64,000 nt of DNA, from positions 96,001 through 160,000 of the forward strand of contig JACQQD010000008.1 of the NCBI GenBank assembly GCA_016207165.1, written 5' to 3'. How positions within the stretch are numbered: the stretch's first letter is position 1; every line of letters starts with the position of its first letter. Of the stretch, positions 26,501-34,536 are shown piece by piece. Made by a program: the position numbers and the translations under genes. This DNA comes from Candidatus Micrarchaeota archaeon (lineage in GTDB: Archaea; Micrarchaeota; Micrarchaeia; Norongarragalinales; Norongarragalinaceae). The notes beneath the pieces are model-generated. The model saw only the letters and a program-made list of their open reading frames with translations. It was not told the DNA's origin and did no database searches.

Positions 26501-29160
26501 CGACCATTGAAACGCTCAAGAAGGAGGGTTTCACGGAGCACTCCGACGGCACCGTGTTCTCGAAGGAAGTCGACGTCCGGGGCCAGCAGGTGCTCTTGGT
26601 TCCAAAGCCGGGAGCCACAGGCTTGGCCACCCCGATCTTGGATACCGTGGCACCGGAGTTCCAGGCCTTGATTAAAGAACTTTTGCCAAACGAAGGCCGC
26701 GCCCAACGCGTTGCAACCGTGGAGGAAGCCGAAGCCCTGCTTGGGGAAAAAGGTTTGCTGGCGGATCCAACCGCCAAGACCCAGGAAGGCGGCAACCCAT
26801 TTGACCCCGGCAAACTTATTGAAGATCAAGCCGCCAAGGCCGAGCCCAATGCTCGTGAAGTGGCCGAGGAACAACGCCGGCTTGCGGAAGAGCAATCCAA
26901 AGTCGAACCGGTGCGCGCTCCAGTGCAAACCCAGGATGGGGTGTGGGAGGTTTCGGAAGGCCGTGGGTTGACTGTCGGTCGACTGACCGCCAACCGAGTC
27001 GTTCTTCCATCCGAGTCCATTGCCCGCCGGCAAGGAACCTTTTCCGCGGATTCAAAGGACGGCGTCTTTTACGTCAACACTGGTTCAACGAGCGGATACA
27101 GGGTTATTCGGGGCCGCAACGAGCAGGAGTATCCGGGGAGCCACACGGAACCCGTTTCGCTTAAGGCGGGGGACTCCGTTGTATTCGCGGACGGTTCCCG
27201 CGTCGTCGTGGACTCTTATTCGCCGAAATCCGGTTCCGGGCCTGCGGTGGCCCGCTTCCGCGTTGAACCCGCGGAAACGTCTACGTCGCCCACCCTGGAA
27301 ACTCTTCCGAGGACGAAAGGTGGTTCGTATTCGATTACGGGTTGCGCCGTTTGCCTGACGCAAAATCCGTTGGCCAGGGATTTCCTGGTTGACGAGGGCC
27401 AGAAGGCTTCGGTCGGACGCCAGGAAGGCAACACGATCATGTTTGAAAATGCGCATGTTAGCCGCGAGCAAGGAAGGTTCGACGTGGGCGCGCTGGGCGT
27501 TACTTACACGAACTTGGGCAGGTCGAACTTCTTTGCCGCTGTAATCGGGGGCCGCCGCCATGATTTTCCTCCGACGCACGGCGAGCCCATTTTGCTTGGC
27601 CCGTTTGATTCCATTCTTTACTTGAACGGCGAAAAAATCGTCGGCAGCATTACCGTTCAAGAGTTCGCGAAAGCCGCGTCGACGGGCAGTTCCCGGCTTT
27701 TGTTGCGCGTGGAGCGCGCTGGCTTCACTTCAACTCCGGAAACAGAGGGGGGGCCCGCAGTGACTCCGGAAAAAGCCGAGGCCAACCGCGAGGCGTTTGA
27801 AAAGCCACCGGCGCGTGCGTCCGGCGCCAAGCCCAAACTTGAAGTGAAAAAAGCCGGAGTGGCCGAACAGGCCAAAGTGGGGGAAACGGTATCCCAAGAT
27901 TCTCTTTTGAGCATAGAACAAGGTGACCGGTCGGTGGATGTCGTCGCAGATGGCGTAGGCGGCGCGCTTGGAGGCAGAGTCGCGTCGCAAGCCTTTGTAA
28001 ATGGGATTAATACCCGCTTTCCAGAAATGACGGATCAACTTTCGTTGGAAGAAGCCTTTAATGGAGCTGCAGGAGACACCGTCAGCGCGTTACGCCCTGT
28101 TTTAGAAGCAAACAAGTTTGACCGTGAGACTGGCGAGCCGTTGAATCCGCAGGGCGGCACCACGGCGTTGGTTCTTCTGATCAACGGACGTAAAGCGCAC
28201 CTCGCGGGCATCGGGGATGGTGCGTTGTTTATGATTCGCGGCGGTAATATTGAACTGTTATCGGAAATACACAACGACGCGTACGGCGCCCGCGGTCAGG
28301 TTGCGGGTTTGAGACCTGAGGACGCTTTCGTTGACAGAACCGAAGCCGGCGTAAATACGATGCGTAACTCCATTACCCGATCGATTGACGCCGGGATATA
28401 CGACGGGGAGTTCGAATCCTCTCAAGGCATCCCTCGGGGTCAGCATTTCTCTCGTGAATTCTCCGTACAAGACGGCGACCGGTTTATTCTCGTTTCAGAT
28501 GGCGTGGCGGATGTGGTCACGCCGACCGAGATTCGCGAGATTGGCAGACGGGGTACGCCGGAACAAGCCGCCCAAGCAATCTTGGCCTTGGCCCGACAGC
28601 GCATCTCCGGCCGGCATGAAGGCAACTTTGAAGGTCGCAAAATTCCCATCGACGGCAAGAACGACGACATTTCCGTCATCGTGCGGGATGTCGGCGAGCG
28701 GCCGGCTTCTGAGGAATCCTCTTCGGAGCCTTCGCGGTCCGAACCTGCGGTGGCGCGTTCGGCTCCTCCGGCAAGCATGGATTTGGAGCCGTTTACCCGG
28801 CTGATGCCTGCTGGGCCGACTTATTCCATTCGCATTGGCCGCGACGCCGTAAATGATGTGGTGTTGCCCAATGACTTCGTCAGCCGCTATCAGGGGGTGT
28901 TGCATTCGGATTCCTCCGGTCGGTTGTTTTACGAAAACGAAGGCGGATCCAATTCGTTTTGGCTTGGTCGTGGAGGCAGTTTGACGGAGTTGTCGGGTCG
29001 CCGAACCATTGAACTGCGTGTTTTAGACTCGATTTTCTTTGCCGATGGAAGCCGAGTGTACTTCCGTCACCTTAACCCCGCTTACCCCGGTTCGCTGCCA
29101 AGCGCGGTTTTCGACTTTTTCCCGAAATCCGTGGATGCCCCCGAATTTCAACCGACGTGA
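23578..29160 (+). CDS. signal-peptide protein with three FHA-like domains and a PP2C-family phosphatase (1860 aa)
   Basis: MRFFVFIVFLVLAGLASSA; three [VI]GR...[SA]RxQG...N repeats; PP2C motifs QD, VADGVGG, GTTA, GIGDG, LVSDGVAD, DDIS. Confidence 0.85.
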   Translation: MRFFVFIVFLVLAGLASSAAFDLANQPKVSVYIGSDASVPHASGGASYAFRLAGPAVVGPKGIEAKIQATRSGQAECPGTIKVNTQEQYACNTVCIRLIGYRTQAAIDADSASGQQPLSQEDAIGEHAFMQIGLKSSDGSCNVAPTAADVQALAQSSSKMTPEEQARASQSISGGYHRFLKDVSIDVALLAGIRFKRATPQYLEHPRELTDLMASLHKVEYLVFHAPTFLGVRDTVEQSQLAIRANSVELASSAIASCGAHPAFLEEFSVNGYGPSSLFSVGPSDEWIRSSYKTAASLDEAKQFLSCIGQIKGEKGYFFFDRKIDPKTITRALEDPGYTFLTEYDKSRRQEGNLDVTQADRVVFAYEFGKYLYTQKEDADAINVLSAAILEAERLRIPNVVHPQSGLGLQKDAFDTINAVLARQGREPMATLGGCLNGFLNPLIILKPLQLLKIGAKTGAVMSAGGRVIHLGFALQGGQQLIGAAQTAQESALDSTISGVCGTVMFFGGLKAGLTRAPAASTEMVRTPETGKWVSRPVIGGSKAASARALVLNKELADTPVELVVQRFTKFSSQLKPGESAGEFFVRLTVKGKELTIRVTPENHRAVLADVLHIKATLAMEKADAAQFSPSSIKEFQQALSELSKVDSEKASFYNEFNFQLNELLNAKSKEAKQSIQEKLIGLVFQLSKPENNPAKQRITFLQALPSGKAQTLDGLTPAQPPGTAQPSDRRTLTERLQAATELFKKAKEKFGRSLSRVKQFFSFKDGRRIEVPEEASSQIADAHVAASATGEAQQVVVEVLVNGKKQNMPVFVRPGGKFLSIEEIKQVAKDGKTTIAGVVRLGELVVFDTRPQNLRFLQTIRLNDLLSDSRPLPALRESVTALADAETLSTDPSSAGKSTRPGDAVQLPETRWKDALTRLGLRRNGKYDAYYLVEGAALRNGVPLRFEVTGSDNHVGFLVLKIIRNKIPESIRDATIETLKKEGFTEHSDGTVFSKEVDVRGQQVLLVPKPGATGLATPILDTVAPEFQALIKELLPNEGRAQRVATVEEAEALLGEKGLLADPTAKTQEGGNPFDPGKLIEDQAAKAEPNAREVAEEQRRLAEEQSKVEPVRAPVQTQDGVWEVSEGRGLTVGRLTANRVVLPSESIARRQGTFSADSKDGVFYVNTGSTSGYRVIRGRNEQEYPGSHTEPVSLKAGDSVVFADGSRVVVDSYSPKSGSGPAVARFRVEPAETSTSPTLETLPRTKGGSYSITGCAVCLTQNPLARDFLVDEGQKASVGRQEGNTIMFENAHVSREQGRFDVGALGVTYTNLGRSNFFAAVIGGRRHDFPPTHGEPILLGPFDSILYLNGEKIVGSITVQEFAKAASTGSSRLLLRVERAGFTSTPETEGGPAVTPEKAEANREAFEKPPARASGAKPKLEVKKAGVAEQAKVGETVSQDSLLSIEQGDRSVDVVADGVGGALGGRVASQAFVNGINTRFPEMTDQLSLEEAFNGAAGDTVSALRPVLEANKFDRETGEPLNPQGGTTALVLLINGRKAHLAGIGDGALFMIRGGNIELLSEIHNDAYGARGQVAGLRPEDAFVDRTEAGVNTMRNSITRSIDAGIYDGEFESSQGIPRGQHFSREFSVQDGDRFILVSDGVADVVTPTEIREIGRRGTPEQAAQAILALARQRISGRHEGNFEGRKIPIDGKNDDISVIVRDVGERPASEESSSEPSRSEPAVARSAPPASMDLEPFTRLMPAGPTYSIRIGRDAVNDVVLPNDFVSRYQGVLHSDSSGRLFYENEGGSNSFWLGRGGSLTELSGRRTIELRVLDSIFFADGSRVYFRHLNPAYPGSLPSAVFDFFPKSVDAPEFQPT

Positions 29161-29290
29161 ATTCCTGAGGGGTAGAAGCGTTCCGGTTCATTTTGTGATA
29201 ATGAACGAGTATAATTCGAGCCAATTCAGCTTTTTTGTATGATTCAAGATATCAAAAATGATGTCTTTTTCCGTTTGGGTCGCCGCGACG

Positions 29291-30040
29291 TCATTTCGGC
29301 ATTTTCTGGATGGCGAGGCGGGCGGCGTCATCAAAATCCACGGGGTTGGGGCTCAAGGCGTTCATTTCCGTTTTCCAGATTTTTTCGGTTTGCCGTACGC
29401 GTTTTTGGAATTCATTGGCGTTGAAGGTTTTTTCGTAGTACGTCAGTTTGCCGTTGACGAGTTCTTTGTCGGGGACGGCGTTTCTTCGTAAAAGAAAGTA
29501 GAGGTCGTACAGGTCGCGGGCGGATTGGCGGGTGAGGATGGCGCGGATTTTTTCGGCGGCGATTTCCGTTGCGTCCATGGTCTTGAGTGCGTAGGGGAAC
29601 ACGTCGGGATACGGCGGTTGAATGCTGGTGATGACGGGTTCCAGACGCGTTTTTTCGCGTAGGCTGAATTCAAGTTGCACCGTGCATTCGCTGATGGGTT
29701 TTCCCATGTAAAGCGGGCCGCGGACGCGCAGTTTGGCGGTTTTCGAAACGGGGGTTTGACTGGTTTTCCACGTGGGTTCGGAAAAGCCCGCTGAAGCCAA
29801 AAACGCGGAGGCATTATCTGCGTCGGGTTGTTCTTCCTGGTCCGCCAGCGTAAAGTCCAAGTCCTCGGAGTAGCGGGGAAGCTGGAAGGCTTTCTGGAGG
29901 CAGGTGCCTCCCTTGAAGACGCCGGCAAACCCGGTGCGCGACAAGTACGACAAAAGCCAGTGCTGGACGTAGTCTTTCTCTTTTTGGCCTAATGTGAATC
30001 CCGGCGGCCCGTATTGGTCGAGTCCTTTCCGGTCAAGCAT
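29291..30040 (-). CDS. AbiEii-family nucleotidyltransferase toxin (type IV TA)
   Basis: EKDY...FKGGTCLQK...RYSEDLDF...EKIRAILTR..ARDLYDL. Confidence 0.9.
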   Translation of the reverse strand: MLDRKGLDQYGPPGFTLGQKEKDYVQHWLLSYLSRTGFAGVFKGGTCLQKAFQLPRYSEDLDFTLADQEEQPDADNASAFLASAGFSEPTWKTSQTPVSKTAKLRVRGPLYMGKPISECTVQLEFSLREKTRLEPVITSIQPPYPDVFPYALKTMDATEIAAEKIRAILTRQSARDLYDLYFLLRRNAVPDKELVNGKLTYYEKTFNANEFQKRVRQTEKIWKTEMNALSPNPVDFDDAARLAIQKMPK

Positions 30041-30593
30041 GGCGCATCAGGTTTTTCAGGCGTTTGTTGGCGGCGGCGCTGGACAAGTAAGGCGGAATTT
30101 TTCCGGCTTTGACGTGGGCCAGTGCTTCCATGATGATGGCCGCCGGACAGCTTTTGGGGATGCTGATGGCGTCGGCCACGGCTTTTTCGGGTGTGGCCAG
30201 GAACAGGTTGTCTTTTTTCTCGTAGGCCCGGAACTGGTTTTTAGGGACGCGGTATTCCTGGACGGGTGTTCCAAGGACCTGATACTTTTTTGCGTTGCGC
30301 GTGACGGCAAGCTGGATGGTGCGGTGGGGTTGTGTGGTCAATCCGTGCAAGTGCAATGCGGTGTGGAAAGACACGTAGGCGGGGGTTGAAATCTCGCAGG
30401 CAACGGCTTCATGCATGGCATCGGAAAACGCCCACCAACCGCGATGGACCAAAAAAAGGACGCCTTTTTTGTGGAGGCGATGCAGGTGCAGACGCGCGTA
30501 CGCCGGGTTTTGGGCCAAGGCGACGAATTCTTTGGTGCGGAAGGCGGCGCGCCCGGAACCCCGAAGAATTTCTATGATTTTATTGCTTTTCAT
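30033..30593 (-). CDS. AbiEi-family antitoxin
   Basis: RGWWA...PAYVSFHTALHLHGL...ATPEKAVAD. ATG at 30593. Confidence 0.85.
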   Translation of the reverse strand: MKSNKIIEILRGSGRAAFRTKEFVALAQNPAYARLHLHRLHKKGVLFLVHRGWWAFSDAMHEAVACEISTPAYVSFHTALHLHGLTTQPHRTIQLAVTRNAKKYQVLGTPVQEYRVPKNQFRAYEKKDNLFLATPEKAVADAISIPKSCPAAIIMEALAHVKAGKIPPYLSSAAANKRLKNLMRHA

Positions 30594-30613
30594 TATCAAA
30601 AATGATAACGAAA
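30588..30613. promoter_or_regulatory. inverted repeat operator overlapping the abiEi start
   Basis: TTTCATTATCA-N4-TGATAACGAAA (10 of 11 paired). AbiEi proteins are known to autorepress via inverted repeats. Confidence 0.6.
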
Positions 30614-30705
30614 TAGTATAAAAACGTTTTCATGGGGGTTTGGTGTGGGAATCGGCTTCCGACGCCCTTTCCGCCTGATGCGGGCTTGGCCGTCCATGGC
30701 CTGCT

Positions 30706-31818
30706 TCAGGGTAAGTAGATTTTTTCGTAGGCTTTCGTGGTGTTATCCCAGTTGAATTGCTTGAGGACTTTCTTTCGGCCGTTTCGACCGAATTTCTTGG
30801 AGGTTTTCGGGTCGGCCAAAAGTTCGTTGGTTTTTTGGGCCAGGAGCTTCGGGTTTTTCGGTGGAACCAAGAAGCCGTTTTGGTTTTGGTCCACGACTTC
30901 GGGAATGCCGCCGGTTGTGGTTGAAACTACGGGTTTTCCGGAGGCCATGGCTTCAAGCAAAACCATGCCGAAGGGCTCCCACAGTGAGGGAAGGACGAAG
31001 ACGTCGCAGGCGGCGTAGTATTGGGCGATCACGTCTTCGGACAGCTCGTCGGTGATGAAGGTGACGGGCGCCTTCTTTTTTTTCGCGTATTTTTTCAGGG
31101 TTTTTTCAAGGGGCCCGCGTCCAATGATGACGGTGTCGGCGTTGATTTCCAGGGAGGCGTCGATGAGGTATTTGAGGCCTTTTTGTTTGACGAGGCGTGC
31201 GACGCACAAGACGAATGGTTTTTCGTGGGGTGCGTTTGGGGTTTGTTTTCTCGGTTTGAAGACGTGGGCGTCAACTCCGTTGTAGGCCACGGCCTTTTTT
31301 CCGTGGAATTTTTTGGGGAGGGTGATGTCCAGCGTGTTTTGGCTGACTCCGAGGATTCCGGTGCACGCGTTCATTACAGTTGAACCTATGGTGTCGTCAA
31401 AGGCTTGGCCCCAAAAGTCGGTGGCCACGTCAATGCCTGTGGTTCGGGCGTTGTGCAGGGTCAAGTACAAGGGAACGCCGTATTTTTTGGAGGCGGCCAC
31501 TAGGTCCAGTCCATAAAAGAATCGGTTGTGGGCGTGGACGAGGTCCATGTGCGGCAAAAGTTTGGCGAGGTCTTTGGCGTGGTCCGGCATGATGGGGATG
31601 GGTGGGACGAGGGGTTGGGGTAAGTCTTCCAGGACCCAGGCGTTGGAGCGTACTAAGTGCATGCCGTGAAGGTCCTCTTTTTTTGGGGTGTTGGGCAGCT
31701 TTGCGGTCAGGACCGTGACGTCGTGGTTCTTGGAGAGCCGTTTGCCGACTTCCAGGACGTGTTTTTCGGTGCCGCCTTGGTAGGGGGAAAAAAAGGGGTT
31801 GAGCATGAGGATGCGCAT
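30706..31818 (-). CDS. GT4 family glycosyltransferase
   Basis: Start MRILMLNPFF...GGTEKH; EPFGMVLLEAMASGKPVV. Confidence 0.9.
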   Translation of the reverse strand: MRILMLNPFFSPYQGGTEKHVLEVGKRLSKNHDVTVLTAKLPNTPKKEDLHGMHLVRSNAWVLEDLPQPLVPPIPIMPDHAKDLAKLLPHMDLVHAHNRFFYGLDLVAASKKYGVPLYLTLHNARTTGIDVATDFWGQAFDDTIGSTVMNACTGILGVSQNTLDITLPKKFHGKKAVAYNGVDAHVFKPRKQTPNAPHEKPFVLCVARLVKQKGLKYLIDASLEINADTVIIGRGPLEKTLKKYAKKKKAPVTFITDELSEDVIAQYYAACDVFVLPSLWEPFGMVLLEAMASGKPVVSTTTGGIPEVVDQNQNGFLVPPKNPKLLAQKTNELLADPKTSKKFGRNGRKKVLKQFNWDNTTKAYEKIYLP

Positions 31819-31883
31819 GCTAATGGTGACGGTGGAATTGGATTTAAAGCGTGACGGCTGACACGGGAAGAATTGTTTGTTGG

Positions 31884-32000
31884 TTATGTTTTCGTTCGTC
31901 GGTTCCATTCGCGTCGTATTCGCTTGACGTATTTACTTCCGCTTCCTTTTTCATTTTTCCAAAGTCCCGCGGCGTTGTCCATGACTTTTTTTCTGAGTTT
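31884..32000 (-). pseudogene. possible C-terminal fragment of an archaeal antitoxin
   Basis: Reads KLRKKVMDNAAGLWKNEKGSGSKYVKRIRREWNRRTKT*, resembling VapB-type tails. Abuts structured element A. Confidence 0.4.
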
Positions 32001-32213
32001 TATAGCAAGACCGGCAAATGAAACAAACCGCTTGGCGGTTTGTTGCATGCTGCAAGCCGTTATCGGCTTGCATCATTTCACGACGAATAGGCCGGTCTTG
32101 CTAGACAGCACAGCACAAATTGCTATGGCAATTTGTGTGGCCTTGCAAATCTTAGCGATTTGCAAGAAACCAAGACTATTGGCTTGGGAAACTTTCTTGG
32201 TTTGCTGTATTGA
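32001..32213. repeat. structured repeat copy A (inverted hairpin doublet plus two 57-nt double-hairpin inserts)
   Basis: 13-bp stem 32003-32015/32091-32103; second stem closing at 32195-32208; four internal hairpins; homologous to 42339-42435 and 54022-54074. Confidence 0.9.
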
Positions 32214-32267
32214 TGCCATCGATGTCATTTCGCGTCAAGTTCTGATGTTTTCTTCGATTTATTCGTT

Positions 32268-33521
32268 TCACACGGTGACGGTTTTTCCTTCGGTTGGAGC
32301 CGATGCGTCGAAGCCTTCGGCTTTGAGGTCCGCGACGAGGGCTTTGGCGGCGGATTCGTCGCCGTGCACGCAGAAGACGTGTTTGGGGTTGACGGCTTTC
32401 GCGTAGGCCACCAGCTCGGGGCCGGAGGCGTGCGCCGAGAACTCGAATTGGCTTACCGGGAGGTTGACTTTGTCGGAGTAGCCGTTGAACCGCACTTTTT
32501 GGCCGTTTAGAAGCGCGTAGCCGTTGGATCCAGGGGCTTGGTAGCCGGTTAACAAAACGACGCCGTTTTGGCGGTGGTTCAGAGCCTTCAAATAGGATAA
32601 TGCGGGTCCGCCGTCAAGCATTCCGGCGGTGGCGATGATGACTCCGGGTTTTTTGACGGCGGCTTGGCGTTGCGTGTGGGATTCCATGAAGCGCGTGCGT
32701 TTTACGGCGTCGCGCAAGAGGTTTGGGTTCTTGATGTAGGAGGGAAAATCCAGCATGATGTCGGTCACGGTTTTGGCCATGCCGTCCAAGTAGAAATCGG
32801 CTTGAACGCCTCTAGCTTGTAAAATGCAGAGGATTTCCTGCGCTCGGCCGATGGCGAAAGCGGGAACCAAGACGGTTTGGTTGTGGTCGACGGCGTCTTG
32901 GACTTGGTCGCAGAAGCGTTTTTCGAGTTCGTTTCGGTCGGGGTGGTCGGCTCCGCCGTACGTGCTTTCCGTGACCAGCACGTCGACGTCGCTTTTGGGT
33001 GGCTTGGCGCCGGCGTGAAGCCGCGTGGGTTCGGGTTTGAAGTCGCCGGTGTACAAGAGCGTTTTCTTGTTTTGGATGAGGACTTGCGCGGCGCCCAGGA
33101 TGTGGCCGGCGTCGAAGAACTCGAAGCGGGTGTCTTCGTAGAACGCGTATTGGGCGTTGTAGGGAAGCGGAATGGCGTGTTTGAGCAGGGTCTTGACGTC
33201 TTTGCGGTTGTAGGGTAGCGCTTTCTTGTTTAAAATCGCGATTTTTTCGGAGTCTTCCCACAACAAGTTCACCAAGGGCAATGTGGGAAAGGTGGCGAAG
33301 GCGGGGATGGGGTGGTGTTTGTAGAGGGAGGGCGCGGCGCCGGAGTGGTCCAAGTGGGCGTGGGAGAGAATGAATGCGTCGGCTCTGATTTTCGAGAAAT
33401 CCGGCATGCTGTCTTCTTCCCGGATTTTCATGCCCGCGTCCAAGACGATTTTGACGTCGGATTCGACGAGAAACGCGCTTTTGCCGACTTCTTGGCAGGC
33501 GCCGATGAAGGTGAGCTTCAT
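32268..33521 (-). CDS. MBL-fold beta-CASP ribonuclease (aCPSF2-like)
   Basis: GACQEVGKS, SHAHLDHSG, AGHILG, YTGD, ESTYG, FSAH, VHGD. Confidence 0.92.
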   Translation of the reverse strand: MKLTFIGACQEVGKSAFLVESDVKIVLDAGMKIREEDSMPDFSKIRADAFILSHAHLDHSGAAPSLYKHHPIPAFATFPTLPLVNLLWEDSEKIAILNKKALPYNRKDVKTLLKHAIPLPYNAQYAFYEDTRFEFFDAGHILGAAQVLIQNKKTLLYTGDFKPEPTRLHAGAKPPKSDVDVLVTESTYGGADHPDRNELEKRFCDQVQDAVDHNQTVLVPAFAIGRAQEILCILQARGVQADFYLDGMAKTVTDIMLDFPSYIKNPNLLRDAVKRTRFMESHTQRQAAVKKPGVIIATAGMLDGGPALSYLKALNHRQNGVVLLTGYQAPGSNGYALLNGQKVRFNGYSDKVNLPVSQFEFSAHASGPELVAYAKAVNPKHVFCVHGDESAAKALVADLKAEGFDASAPTEGKTVTV

Positions 33522-33576
33522 TCGATTTCCAGAACGGCGGGACTGTATTTAATGCATTGCACGGTTCGTGCCCTTG

Positions 33577-33876
33577 TCAGAGGGGTGTGGCGTGTTGGAG
33601 GACGTCCTTGATGATGACTGAGGTTTTCGATACTTTTTGGAATTCGTCGGGGGTATAGCACAGCAAGTCCGCCACAATGGGCACATCGGTGTGGCGCCAA
33701 ATAAGGCCTCCCCGGTTCACGAATGGTGTTGCCTTGAATTTTTGGCTGATGATGATCAAGTCGTAGTCGGATTGGGCTTTGGCGGTGCCTTTGGCCCGGC
33801 TTCCGAACAAGTAGATTTTGGCGTCGGAAAAAAGGAGGCGTATGTCCTTCAGTAAGGCGCTTAGTTTTTCATCCAT
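33577..33876 (-). CDS. minimal nucleotidyltransferase (MNT, HEPN-MNT antitoxin type)
   Basis: YLFGSRAKG...SDYDLII...DLLCYTPDEF. Confidence 0.88.
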   Translation of the reverse strand: MDEKLSALLKDIRLLFSDAKIYLFGSRAKGTAKAQSDYDLIIISQKFKATPFVNRGGLIWRHTDVPIVADLLCYTPDEFQKVSKTSVIIKDVLQHATPL

Positions 33877-33930
33877 GTCTCAATCAGTTCCAGGCCTTCT
33901 TGTGCGTCGGCCTTTTTTTAGTAGGTTGTT
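33861..33930 (-). pseudogene. probable HEPN toxin 3' remnant
   Basis: Reads TTY*KKADAQEGLELIETWMKN*, like HEPN C-terminal helices, and overlaps the MNT start. Confidence 0.4.
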
Positions 33931-34114
33931 GCCGGATGGCTTTTGTTTTTTCCGGTGCGCGCCTTCCAACCGTCTCTTCGTCGTTTGTCGAATTGGGTTG
34001 GCGTTTAAAGGAGGTGTCCGCGTTGTTTTCTTAAAGAGCCTTAGGCGTTTCCATGCCCGTCTTGCGGGGTTCATGGAAGGCGGTTTGGGTTTTTTTTGAA
34101 GAGGTGTTAAGGAA

Positions 34115-34483
34115 ATGGCTGGAAAAAGCATGTGGCCGATGTTGGGCGCGTACGCGTTCATCGTGGGCGTAGTGTTGGCAATCGTGTTGGGTGTATTGAT
34201 TCCGCCGAACGCGTGGTTGTTGGCGGGCTTGTCCATCTTGGGGTTGCTCGTGGCGCTTTTGAACGTCACGGAAAAGGAAGTCCACGACTACTTGTTGGCC
34301 AACGTTACGGTGATCATTGGCGCGAACGCGTTTAACGTCATGGTCACGTCTTTGGCGTCGCCGTTGGGCTTGGGTGCCATGGCGACGACGCTGCAGACGA
34401 TTACGTCGAACCTGGTGTTCTTCGTGGCTCCAGGCGCCGTTTTGGTGGCCCTCAAGGAAATCTATCAGTTGGCCCGCAACTAA
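34115..34483 (+). CDS. small 4-TM membrane protein
   Basis: Hydrophobic throughout; GAGGTG SD-like motif upstream. Confidence 0.85.
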   Translation: MAGKSMWPMLGAYAFIVGVVLAIVLGVLIPPNAWLLAGLSILGLLVALLNVTEKEVHDYLLANVTVIIGANAFNVMVTSLASPLGLGAMATTLQTITSNLVFFVAPGAVLVALKEIYQLARN

Positions 34484-34536
34484 GAAAACCGTTTGGGGGG
34501 CGTTTTGCCCCCGATTCTCTTTTTTCCGTTCTTTTT

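Noticed and set aside
29161-30705. Flanking gene-end duplicate around the AbiE pair
   Set aside because: Both flanks were compared by eye with the neighbouring gene ends and only patchy, unconvincing similarity was found.
30630-30705. tRNA-like sequence next to the TA module
   Set aside because: No T-loop (GTTCRA) or cloverleaf could be formed.
31873-32406. 177-aa + strand ORF across structured element A
   Set aside because: It overlaps two - strand genes and runs through palindromic DNA, so it is most likely spurious.
33522-34114. Flanking duplicate around the MNT gene
   Set aside because: No recognisable repeat of either neighbour's end.
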